Source: Mobula hypostoma (lineage: Eukaryota). From it: DNA of 64,000 bases. Below are positions 1-11,447 of this stretch, in pieces; within the stretch, counting starts at the first letter, position 1; the number at the start of each line of letters is the position of its first letter. The DNA lies in NCBI RefSeq assembly GCF_963921235.1, contig NC_086108.1, positions 105,650,001 through 105,714,000 of the forward strand, in the 5' to 3' direction. The notes under the pieces are model-generated. The model saw only the letters and a list, made by a program, of their open reading frames with translations. It was not told where the DNA came from and searched no databases. The translations under genes were made by a program, and so were the position numbers.

Positions 1-1237
1 TCGGGTTTATTATCACTGAATGTGATGTGAAATTTGTTAACTTAGCAGCAGCAGTTCAATGCAATATATAATGTAGAAGAAAAAACCAAAATAAAATAAT
101 AATAATAATAATAAGTAAATTAATTACAGTATACGTATATTGAATAGATTAAAAATCATGCAAAAAACAGAAATACTGTATATTAAAAAAGTGAGGTAGT
201 TTTCAAAGGTTCAATATCCATTTAGGAAGAAGCTGTTCCTGAATCACTGAGTGTGTGCCTTCAGGCTTCTGTACCTCCTCTCTGATGGTAACAGTGAGAA
301 AAGGCCATGCCCTGGGCCCTGGGTGCTGGCGGTCCTTAATAATGGACACTGCCTTTCTGAGACGCCACTCCCTGAAGATGTCCTGGGTACTTTGTAGGCT
401 AGTACCCACAATGGAGCTGACTAGATTTACAACCCTCTGCAGCTTCTTTCGGTCCTGTGCAGTAGCACCCCCATAACAGACGGTGATGCAGTCCATCAGA
501 ATGCTCTACATAGTACATCTATAGAAGTTTTTGAATGCATTTGTTGACATACCAAATCTCTTCAAACTCCTCATGAAGTATAGCTGCTGTCTTGCTTTCT
601 TTATAACTACATTGATATAGTGGGACCTGGTTAGATCCTCAGCGATCTTGACACCCAGGAATTTGAAGCTGCTCACTCTCTCCACTTCTGATCCCTCTAT
701 GAGGATTGGTATGTGTTCCTTCGTCTTACCCTTCCTGAAGTCCACAATCAGCTCTTTCATCTTACTGACTTTGAGTGCTAGGTTGCTACTACGGCACCAC
801 TCCACTAGTTGGCATATCTCACTCCTGCATGCCCTCTCGTCACCACCTACCAACAATGGCTAAATCATCAGCAAATTTGTAGCTGGCATTTGAGCTATGC
901 CTATCCTCACAGTCATGGATATATAGAGAGTAGAGCAGTGGACTAAGCACATACCCCTGAGGTGCACCAGTGTTGATCGTCAGCGAGGAGGAGATGTTAT
1001 CACCAATTCGCACAGACTGTGGCCTTCCAGTTAGGAAGTCGAGGATCCAATTGCAGAGGCCCAGGTTCTGCAACTTCTCAATCAGGATTGTGGGAATGAT
1101 GGTATGAAATACTGAGCTGTAGTTGATTAACAGCATCCCGACGTAGGCGTTTGTGTTGTCCAGGTGGTCTAAAGCTGTGTGAAGAGCCATTGAGATTGCA
1201 TCTGCCATTAACCTATCGTGGCAAAAGGCAAATTGCC
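1..1237 (-). mobile_element. Rex1/Babar-clade LINE, 3' portion (frameshifted RT to 3' UTR)
   Basis: ORFs 840-1241, 506-856 and 203-496 give Rex1 RT motifs ([66 protein letters not shown]). Confidence 0.9.
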
Positions 1238-1374
1238 ACAATAGGTCTTAAATATGAAACTGTCAAACTGATATGGTGGAAGATTCCTGTGCACCCCCCC
1301 CACCCCCCAACAGGCCCTTCACCAATCACCCACTCCTACAAGCATACCTATCCAATCATGAACCACTAATATTA

Positions 1375-1690
1375 GAACAGAGCCCACACAGCATTACAGC
1401 ACAGTACAGGCCCTTCAGTCTACAATGTTATGCCAAACCTTTCAATCTACTCTAAGATCAATCTAGCCCTTCCCTCTAACATGACCCTCCATTTTCCTAT
1501 CTTCCATGCGCCCATCAAAGAATTCCTTAAATATCCCTAATGTATCTGCCTTTAGCACCACCCCAAGCAGGGACCCTAAAATCCATGCAACCCTAAAATT
1601 TCCTCCAATTACCTTAAAATTCAGCTCCCTCATATTTGCCATCTCTGCCTTGGGAAAAAGCCTCCAACTATCCATTCTGTCTATACCTCT
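1375..1690 (-). mobile_element. CR1 LINE 3' fragment
   Basis: ORF 1463-1717 (RGIDRMDSWRLFPKAEMA...) is CR1 ORF2 C-terminus; typical CR1 3' tail follows. Confidence 0.8.
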
Positions 1691-2423
1691 TATTCTGGGA
1701 TTTTGTGAATAAAACATACAGGGGTCATTTTATGTGCTTAACAAAAGCCGCAGATCTTTACTTCCATTACCGACCTATTGAAAGCAGTCGCCTTACGTCA
1801 TTATGTCAGACACTGTCTCTTAAAGTAAGCACAATAACTCTGTGACAGTGTTTGTGAGTTATGTAGAAAGTTTCTATTAAGACAGCATGTATCATCTGTC
1901 ACCTGTTAGATTACCTACATTATCAACTTGTACACATCTAGTTCTCCTTTGATCCAAAGAGAAAAGCCCTAGTTCACTCAACCTATCTTCATAAAACATG
2001 CCCTCTAGTCCAGGCAACACACCCAAAGTGCTGGAGGAGCTCAGTCGGTCAGGCAGCATCCACTGAAATGATTAAACAGTCGACATTTTGGGCTAAGACC
2101 ATCACACCCAAAATGAGTGTTAATCACCACTCTCATGTACATTCATGCACATGCAGACCTTAGGTGAATGGAGTGCTTGTTACATTCACGCATATGGAGA
2201 CTTCTCAGGTCAATGGATTGTTTCCTGGTCTGCAATTAACCCCAAAATGCAGCTCCAGGAAGACCACTGTTCTGAGATACATTTTAAATTCAACATACAA
2301 TCTATATTCAGATCTGAAAACTGCTTGCTGCTGAAATTAAAATTTGCTATATCCCAAATCCCCAGAATATGTCTATTCAGAGTTTTATAGCACTGCAAAT
2401 TTTTTTTGTGTCCTTTTTTTCAT

Positions 2424-2790
2424 CAGAATCAGAATTAAGTTTAATATCACCGGCATAGGTTGTGAAATGTGTTAACTTTGCAGCAGTAATATAATGCAAT
2501 ATATGATAATAAAGAGAAAAAAACTGAATTACATTACATATATAAAATAGATAAATTAAATAAGTAGTGCAAAAAATATGAAATAAAACATGTAGTGAGG
2601 TGGTATTCATGGGTTCAGTGTCCATTCAGAAATCTGATGGCAGAGGGGAAGAAGCTGTTCCTGAACCTCTAAGTGTGTGCCTTCAGACCTCTGTACCCCC
2701 TACCTGATGGTAGCAATGAGAAGAGGGAATGTCCTGGGTGGTGGGGGTCCTTAATGATGGACACCATATTTCTGAGGCACCATTCCTTGA
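2424..2790 (-). mobile_element. Rex1/Babar LINE 3' end
   Basis: Homologous to 1-380; has a (CAGAAT)n tail. Confidence 0.8.
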
Positions 2791-4039
2791 AATAGAGTAG
2801 TAGTACAGTGTAGGATGTAAAAATTACTGCAAGTTGCAAAACTAAGTCTGAAATGCCAGACTAAAAATAAAATCTTATGTAAGCAACTTCATGGGTAAGC
2901 AAGCTGCTGTCGTGACAAGGGGATTCATGAAGGATGAGCCTATTAATTAAAGATCTTATGATAAAATTCAGGGCAAATGTAATTTGAGAGCTGCAGTAAG
3001 GTGTTCCATGTTGCCACATATGTAGCTGTAATTCTTTTGGTATTAGGTAGCAATTAGTACATTGCTTTAGGGCCGCAGCAGTCACTATTTAGGGTTCAGT
3101 TCCTGCCGCTGGCTGTAAGGATTTTGTACATTCTCTCCATGACTGCCTGGTGATCCGGTTTTCTCCCACATCCTGAAGGCGAGTGGGTTAAGGTTAGTAA
3201 CCTGTGGGTATACTGTGTTGGGGCTGGTGTTGACGAGTCACCAACTGGTCTAGGTTACACAATTCACTATCTAACTCCTAACTAATCAAGCACTCACTTT
3301 ATTGTCTCTGCACCAACAACAGTGCAGCTATGTTGACCCCAGGCTAACAACTTAAACTCACTCAGACCACATCTCCAATTTATAATACTGAACTAGGGAG
3401 TCTCCCGTTGGCCAAATGGTTGATCCTTTTCCCAGCCCCTGACATGGGGTTCTTCCTCTTTACGTTTTAAAGCCCCTCATTCTCATGCTTTTTCATTATC
3501 AATTCAAATGTTGCATTGAATCTTATTGGATCTAGGTCAAATGAGTGAGCTGTGTCAAATTCCCATTGATGTACCGAAGTGCCTTAGGTGACCTCTTTTG
3601 TTCTATTTGACTCTCGTCCAAACCAGTCAAACTGGGTCACCAGGCTGAGATAACAAGATTACTTCTGCAAACCTGCCATTGTACACCATAAACAGTTCAT
3701 CTGAGAATGGTCTCAAGTTTAGCATATCATCAATAGAAACACCTTGTGTCCACATTCAACTGCTCTGATTAAGTTATTTCTGAGCAAAAATCACTTTATA
3801 AAACAGTTTACAAAATGGAGGTTACAGAGCAGCTTCATAAAGTGACAGCCTCCATTCTTTCAAGCACATGGCAAGAACAAAGATATCTGGTGTGTCTACT
3901 CCCACTGACCTTGAACCATTTGAGTTCGATGCTTCCTTCTATGTTTCAATTCCTTCATGACCAACACCAGAACCATGGCAACATTCATGGGCTGCCCACA
4001 GCATATCCTTGGAATATGTTGGTCATTGACAGAAATGAC

Positions 4040-4676
4040 ACATTTCATTGATGATGGTAGAGCAGTAGATGTAGTGTACATGGATTTCAGCAAGGCATTT
4101 GACAAAGTATCCCATGAAAGGCTTATTGAGAAAGTAAGGAGGAATGGGATCCAAAGAGACATTGCTTTGTGAATCTAGAACTGGCTTACCCACATAAGGC
4201 AAAGAGTGGTTATAGACGGGTCATGTTCTACATGGAGGTTGGTGACCAGTGGTGTGCCTCAGGTGAACTTGGCCTTTTTCCCCTGGAGCAACGGAGGATG
4301 AGAGGTGACCTAATAGAGGTGTATAAGATGATGAGAGGCATTGATCATGTGGCTAGTCAGAGGCTTTTTCCCAGGGCTGAAATGGCTAGCACGAGAAGGC
4401 ACAGTTTTAAGGTGCTTGGAAGTAGGTACAGAGGAGATGTCAGGAGTAAGATTTTTATGCAGAGTGCGGTGGGCACGTGGAATGGGCTGCCGGCGGTGGT
4501 GGCGGAGGTGGATACAATAGGGTCTTTTAAGAGACTCCTGGACAGATATATGGAGCTCAGAAAAATAGAGGGCTATGGGTAACCCTAGGTAATTTCTCAG
4601 GTGAGGACATATTTGGCACAGCTTTGTGGGCCGAAGGACTTGTATTGTGCTGTAGGTTTTCTACGTTTCTATGTTT
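4040..4676 (+). mobile_element. CR1 LINE, internally deleted (RT fragment plus 3' end)
   Basis: VDVVYMDFSKAFDKV motif, then LEQRRMRGDLIEVYK...WNGLP; (TTCTATG)-type tail. Confidence 0.9.
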
Positions 4677-4776
4677 CACTGTATGTTTCCATGTACATGT
4701 GACAAATAAATCTTTGCACTATGCTGCCACCAATAAACAAAGTTTACATCAGCTATAATTCTGGTTCAGATATAAA

Positions 4777-5062
4777 GCAGCACTGTAGTGTAGTAGCTAG
4801 CACAATGCTTTATAATACAGACGACACGGATTCAATTCCTGCCACTGCCTATAAGAAGTCTATACGTTTTCCCTGCGACCGCGTGCGTTTCCTCTGGGTG
4901 CTCCAGTTTCCTCCCATAGTCCAAAGATGTACTGGTTGGTAGGTTAATTAGTCACTGTAAACTGTCCTGTGAGTGGGTTAGGATTGAATTGGAAGTGGCT
5001 GGGCGTCATGGCTCGAAGGGCTAGAAGGGCTATTCCACACTGTAACTCAATAAGTAAATAAA
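4777..5062 (+). mobile_element. tRNA-derived V-SINE (HE1-like)
   Basis: tRNA-like head (A box tagtgtagtag, B box gattcaattcc) and V-domain GGTGCTCCAGTTTCCTCCCATAGTCCAAAGA. Confidence 0.8.
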
Positions 5063-5101
5063 TTCCAGACAATTACATGTTGTCATTTTAATATTATATC
5101 A

Positions 5102-5400
5102 GCAGCATGGTAGTGTAGTGGTTAGCATAATGCTGTAAGGTGCCAGCTGTAAGATCAGGGTATAATCCTCACTGCTGTATGTAAGGAGTTTGTACTTGCT
5201 TCCTCTGGGTGCTCCAGTTTCCTCCCACATTCCAGAGATGTACAGGTTAGGGCCGGTGAGTTGTGTGCATGCACTGATGGTGCCAGAAGCAAGGGGGGCA
5301 CTTATGGGCTGTTCCCAGCACATCTTTACTGGTTTGAATTTGCTGTACCGTATGTTTTGATGCTTTGATTCATGTATGACAAGCGGAGCTAAGCTTTAGC
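5102..5400 (+). mobile_element. tRNA-derived V-SINE (HE1-like)
   Basis: Same head and V-domain. Further copies near 3060-3230, 40935-41240, 48455-48710, 50600-50842 (-) and 60165-60410. Confidence 0.75.
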
Positions 5401-6000
5401 TTGTTGGACTTCACACCTCAGGTCTGGAAGGAATGGTGGCCTTGACCTTGCTTTATGAATTGATGTTGCAAGACATGACAGCTAGATCAATCCCAAATGC
5501 CTCTGAAATGTGAAAAAGGGGGAGACTAAATTATCAACATTGATGGATTTTGGAGCTCATAGGGGAAAAAACCACAAGAAATAGTGGCAGAAATTGGCTA
5601 TATGTTTATTGCAATTTCTACCAATGTACAGCAGTGAACATTCTGACTGGTTACATCCTTGTACAGAGGTTGCAATGTACAGGATCAAAAGACGCTGCAG
5701 AAAGTTGAAAACTCACCAGCACAGGCACAGCCCTTGCAACCATGCAAGACATCTCCAAGAGGTGATGCTTGAAGAAGGTGGTATTCATTATTAAAGACCT
5801 TTAACACCTGGGTGACACCTTTCATCCCTACCATAAAGAAGGAGGTACAGTAGCTTGAAAAACACACATGCGATCATTCAGAAATAGCTTACTCCCCTCC
5901 ACCATCAGATTTCTGAACAGTCAATGAACCCACGAGTACTATTGAACCATCCTTCCTTTTTGTACTATTTTAAAATTAACATAAGAACTTTATTTATTTA

Positions 6001-6085
6001 CAGTACTGTGCACAAGTGTCAGGCACACATGCACATACATATATATAGCTAGGATGCCTAAGACCTTGTCTTTTGCACAGTACTG
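6001..6085. mobile_element. Tc1/mariner-type MITE
   Basis: TIRs CAGTACTGTGCA...TGCACAGTACTG flanked by TA on both sides. Confidence 0.8.
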
Positions 6086-6446
6086 TAGTAATTTTATGCA
6101 TTGTACTATACTGCTGCAAAACAAAAAATAAATTTAATGACAATTGTAGGTGATGATAAACCTGATTCTGATTTGGATCTCTTTTGTGGACTGAGAGTGG
6201 GAAGGGAGCAGGGAGAGGGGAACCATGGTTGAGAAAAGGAGAAGGAAGAGGGGAGAGAGCAGGAAGCACCAGAGAGACATTTTGGAATGATCAATACACC
6301 AATTGTTTGGAATCAAATAACCTCCCCTGATGTCTCAGTGCTGGGTGTGTCTGCAGCCACACCTGGCTCTCCTTCTCTGCCACCTGTCCCACACCCCTCC
6401 TGCAGTGCTTCACTCTTACCATTCCCAGCAGCCTTTGCTCCCAACA

Positions 6447-6878
6447 GATCGACTAGGCTTATACTCGTTGGACTTTAGAAGATTGAGGGCGGATCTTATT
6501 GAAACATGTAAAATCCTAAAGGGATTGGACAGGCTAGATGCAGGAAGATTGTTCCCGCTGTTGGGGAAGTCCAGAACGAGGGGTCACAGTTTGAGGATAA
6601 AGGGGAAGCCTTTTAGGACCGATATTAGGAAAAATTTCTTCACACAGAGAGTGGTGAATCTGTGGAATTCTCTGCCACAGGAAACAGTTGAGGCCAGTTC
6701 ATTGGCTATATTTAAGAGGGAGTTAGATACGGCCCTTGTGGCTAAAGGGATCAGGGGGTATGGTGGGAAGGCTGGTATAAGGTTCTGAGTTGGATGATCA
6801 GCCATGATCGTACTGAATGGCAGTGCAGGCTCGAAGGGCCGAATGGCCTACTCCTGCACCTATTTTCTATGTTTCTAT
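6447..6878 (+). mobile_element. Young CR1 (HER1-like) LINE, 5'-truncated
   Basis: DRLGLYSLDFRRLRADLIE...FFTQRVVNLWNSLP; near-identical to copies at 39654 and 47204; TTTCTATG tail. Confidence 0.93.
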
Positions 6879-6905
6879 GATTTACAAACTTCACATTGAC
6901 AAATA

Positions 6906-6936
6906 CAGTACTGTGCAAAAGTCTTAGGCATCCTAG

Positions 6937-6971
<35 letters not shown>

Positions 6972-6984
6972 TAAGACTTCTGTA
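6906..6984. mobile_element. Tc1-type MITE with internal (TA)n
   Basis: Left TIR CAGTACTGTGCAAAAGTCTTAGGCA after TA, partial right TIR TGCCTAAGACTT; same family as 6001-6085. Confidence 0.7.
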
Positions 6985-7227
6985 TTTACTGTACCGTATT
7001 TACTTTGAGATAACAGCACAGAGAAGGCCCTTCTGGCCAAGTGAGGTACATCACTCAGCAATCCACCTTTCTAACCCTAGCTAAGTGGCGGGGTGGGGGG
7101 GCTTAGCAGGTGCCACACCTTGTCCAAAGGCGACTTGTAAGCTAGCACCTTAGAGTTCTTTGGTAGTGACATATCTCCACCTAATCACCCAATTTTACCT
7201 TTCACTGTCTTCATATCCTATAGAAAG

Positions 7228-7702
7228 GGTGCCGGGGAGATTTACAAGGATGTTGCCTGGATTGGAGAGCATGCCCTATGAGAATAGATCGAGCGAACTT
7301 GGCCTTTTTTCCTTGGAGTGACGAAGGATGAGAGGTGACCTGATAGAGGTGTATAAGACGATGAGAGGCATTGATCATGTGGATAGTCAGAGGCTTTTTC
7401 CCAAGGTTGAAATGGCTAACATGAGAGGACAAAGTTTTAAGGTGCTTGGAAGCAGGTACAAAGGGGTAAGTTAGGGGTAAGTTTTTTATGCAGAGAGTGG
7501 TGAGTGAATGGAATGGGCTGCCGGTGATGGAGGTGGAGACGGATATGATAGGGTCTTTTAAGAGACTCCTGGATAGGTACACAGAGCTTAGAAAAATAGA
7601 GGGCTATGGGTAACCCTAGGTAATTTCTAAAGTAAGTACATGTTTAGCACAGCATTGTGGGCTAAAGATCCTGTATTTTGCTGTAGGTTTTCTATGTTCT
7701 AT
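7228..7702 (+). mobile_element. CR1 LINE 3' fragment
   Basis: Closely homologous to 4262-4676. Confidence 0.88.
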
Positions 7703-7854
7703 ATCCACAAATCTATTGGTCTTTCTATTGATTGATGCCAGTGTCAGCAGTACAGACTCTATTCTTCACCTCTCTCTTTGTTAAGTACATAGGAAAAATG
7801 ACCATGTGAGGACAGCAGATTTGAGTCCCCTGATGAACAATATAAAGCTAGATA

Positions 7855-8447
7855 CAGACACAAGATACTGTAGATGCTAGAACCTGGAGCAACAGACAAG
7901 ATGCTAGAGGAAGTCAACAGGTCAGACAGTATCTATAGAGGGAAGTGGACAGTTGATATTTCAGTCTGAGATCCTTCACCTTCAGATTTCCCTTTCACAA
8001 CTTCTCTCCTTACCTCCCCATCACCTTCCTCTGGTGCTCTTCCCCCTTCTCATTCTTCCATCGTCTTCTGTCCTCTCCTGTCAGATTCCCCCTTATCTAC
8101 CCCCTTATCTCTTCCATCAATCAACCTCCCAGCTCTTTACTTGACTCCTCCCCCACTCCCAGTTCCACCTATCACCAGCCACCTTTTACTTCTTCCTCCC
8201 CACCTCCCACCTTTTATTCTGACTTCTTCCCCCTTCCTTTTCAGTTCAGATAGAGTCTTGGCCTGAAAAGTCGACTGTTCATTCCTATCCGTAGATGCTG
8301 CCTGACCTGCTGAGCTCCTCCAGCACATTGTGTGTGTTGCTCTAGATTTCCAGCATCTGCAGTATCTCTTGTATCTGGAATGTTGACTGTCCTTTTCCCT
8401 CCGCAGAAGTTGCCTGACCTGCTGAACTCCTCTAGCATCTTGTGTGC
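7855..8447. mobile_element. Penelope-like element terminal repeats in inverted arrangement, with decayed hammerheads
   Basis: Minus-strand terminus at 7855-7980, then plus-strand pyrimidine tract, decayed hammerhead (8242-8277) and terminus. Confidence 0.7.
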
Positions 8448-9540
8448 TTCAATAGAAAGCTAGATTTTTGTAAAGACAAGCTAATGGTTTCATGATGCAG
8501 TCACTAAGACTAGTTTTTTGGTTCAGATATATTTAATTACCTGAATTCATCTCCCAAAGCTTGGTTGGTTGATCTTGAACTCAGATTTCCAGATCAGTAA
8601 CCTGGATCCCTGGACATATTGCCTTCAGCTAGAGAGGAGAAAGAATATTCCGATTCCGATTCAGATTGAATTATTTATCATCTGTAAAGTATATTGAAAC
8701 ATACAAACACATACAAAATGCTGGAGGAACTCATCAGGTCAGGCACCATCTAAGGAGAGGAATAAATGGTCAATATTTTGGGCTGAGAGCCTTCATCAGG
8801 GTAGAAGGTATTTCCACGTAAGCTGCCTGACCTGCTGCATTGTTCCAGCATTTTGTGTGTGCTGATCTGGATTTCCAACATCAAAAGAATCTCCTGTGTT
8901 AGTGAGATGTGTCATTAGTGTCAACCAAGCGGTGTGTTGCCACACATTCCAGAGTCAACACAGCATGCCCACAACGCTCGACAGAAGAAAACAGAACACA
9001 ACAAGCAACAAAACAACACCTCCCTCCCACCCATACACTCACACACATAGACAATTCCCCGGGCCTCCAGCCCCCAGTAGGCATACAGACTAGCAGAGAA
9101 TGGGCCTTCGACTTCCACAGTGCAATTCAGACTTGTAGAGACAGGAATCTGGCCACCGGGCATCTTCCACTGAGTTCCGATTGACCTTCACGCTTCAATC
9201 TTTGATAATGAAATCTTAAAATTATACATTCCAGGAGGACATTTCGGTCTCTGTGGTGATGCCAGGTCTTTGAAAGAGATATCCAATTTATCCTGTTTCC
9301 TTGCTCTGTTCCACAATTTAATCAATATAAGTTGAACAGCCTTTTGAAAGTAACATTCAAATCTGCTTCATTATTCCTTCTGGCAATGCTTTTCAAATCA
9401 TAACAAGATGCGATGCAAAAATAAACCATTACTTTTCATCTTTGATCTTGCTACCATCTGTGGCCTCTGGTTAATGGCCTTGATGGCTGTTAATTACTTG
9501 CACTGTTTCTCTTCAGATACTTCATCAAATTCACCGTCCA

Positions 9541-10130
9541 ATCAGAATCAGAATCAGTTTTAATATCACTGGCAAATGTTGTGAATGTTGTTGTTTTGTG
9601 GCAGCAGTACATTGCAATACATAATAATAAAAAAAACTATAAATTACAATAAGAAATATATATAAAATTGAAATTAAGTAACTAGTGCAAAAAGAGAAAA
9701 TAAGGAAGTGGTGAGATAGTGTTCATGGGTTCATTGTCCATTCAGAAATCTGGTGATGGAGGGGTAGATGCTGTTCCTGAAATGTTGAATGGATATCTAC
9801 AGATTTCTGTACCTCCTCCCTGATGGTAGTAATGAGCAGAGGGCACATCCTAGCTGATGAATGTCACCTTCTTCGATGCTAGGGAGGCCAGTACCTATGA
9901 TGGAATGGCTGAGTATACAACTTTCTGTAGCTTTTTCTGATCCTGTGTATTGGCCAGTCCATACCAGATGATGAGGCAAACAGTAGAATGCTCTCCAGAA
10001 AATGGTTGCGGACATTTTTGAAAGTCTTTGGTGGCATTCAAAGTTTCCCGAAACTCCTTATAGCTGCGTTGTGATTGTATGAATATGTTAACCTGGGATA
10101 GATCTTCAAAAATGCTGACAACCAGGAACG
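9541..10130 (-). mobile_element. Rex1/Babar LINE 3' fragment
   Basis: (CAGAAT)n tail; homologous to 1-660. Confidence 0.8.
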
Positions 10131-10486
10131 TCTAATCCACTAAGAGAGAAATAAGGTTAAAATTTTAGATCCTTCTTATGAAAAGCTGATGACCAGAAAA
10201 GATTACTCTAAATATCTTTATCCTCCTAAGGTAGTGGAGGGACTGGCAAGCTTTTTTGGCCATGGTGTTGATGTAGTTGGGTTAAGACTCGGCTATTGGT
10301 GATGTTCACATTTAGGGACTTGGAGCTCTCAAACCTCTCACCATTGCTATCATTTATGCATGTGCATCACCTCCCCCGCCCCCTCCTCATTGAAGCCAAT
10401 GCAAACTCCACACACAGCAACTGAGGTCAAGATCAAACCTGAGTCTCTGGTCAAAAGTTCGTCTTGTGTGCTGTTCTGTAATGAAT

Positions 10487-11040
10487 ACACTCAGTGTCCA
10501 CCTTTTTAAGTACACCTGTACACTTGCACTTTAATACAAATATCTATTCAGCCAATCATGTGGCAGCAACTCAATAGCTAAAAGCATGCAGACATGATCA
10601 AGAGGTTCGGCTGTTGTTTGGACCAAATATCAGAATGGGAAAGAAATGTGATCTAAGTGACTTTGACTGTGGAATGACCTGTTGGTGCCAGACGGAGTGG
10701 TTTGAGTATCTCAGAAACTGCTGATCTCCTGGGGTTTTCACATACAACAGTCTCCAAAGTTTACAGGGAATGGTGTGAAAATTAATGAATAAGACTTTCA
10801 ACGAGCAGCCGTTTTGTGAGCAGGAATGATTTGTTAATGAGAGAGGTTAAAGCAGAATGGGTGACTTGTTCAAGCTGACAGGAAGATGAATGTAACCTAA
10901 GTAAACATGCATAACAACAATGGTGTGTAGAATTGCATCTCTGAATGTATAACACGTCAAACCTTGAAGTGAATAGATTAGAGCAGCAGAAGATGATGAA
11001 GATACAATCAGTGGGCACTTTATTAGGTACAGAAGATACT
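10487..11040 (+). mobile_element. Tc1 DNA transposon derivative (TIR plus decayed transposase N-terminus)
   Basis: TIR CACTCAGTG.CCAC.TT.TTA.GTAC. From 10635 it reads MGKKCDLSDFD.GM..GARR.GLSISETADLLGFSHTTVS.VYREW, the Tc1 HTH region, with a frameshift. Confidence 0.85.
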
Positions 11041-11082
11041 CCAGTTCCAAAGGCGCTTTAATTGGAATTGGTTATTATTGTC

Positions 11083-11447
11083 TGGGTGGCGAGGTGGAGA
11101 TACGTCTCTACCAAAGGAGGTGTAAAGCACTCCTTCCATCCGCTAGTCTGCCGGTCACCCTTGGGCAAGGTATAGCACCTGCTTAGACCCCCACTCCCCC
11201 GACCAGGGTCACATGAAGCCATGGTCGTTTGAGCAGTTGGTGCATATCACAAGCCCTGGTTGTACGATCACTGACACCAGGCAGACAATCTCTGGAGTAT
11301 TGATAATGGTTGGGGTCATCCACCTTGTAAAGACACTGCCCCAGAAGAAGGCAATGGAAAACCAATTCTGTACAAAAACTTGCCAAGAACATTCATGGTC
11401 ACAAGGGCCTGATAACCCACATCATATGATGCTGCTGATGATGAAGA
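11083..11447 (+). mobile_element. Non-autonomous RTE(BovB-like)-related element with structured head
   Basis: GAAGGCAATGG.AAACCA.TTC motif resembles RTE/BovB-derived sequence; (GAT)n tail. Second copy at 17561-17940 (-), partial copy at 7085-7190 (-). Confidence 0.6.

Noticed and set aside
1718..1830. Possible exon ending at AAA|GTAAGC
   Set aside because: No polypyrimidine acceptor, no recognisable peptide and no partner exons.
11084..11190. HDV-like ribozyme
   Set aside because: A P1-like pairing exists, but I could not place P3/L3, P1.1 or the catalytic J4/2 in the required order.
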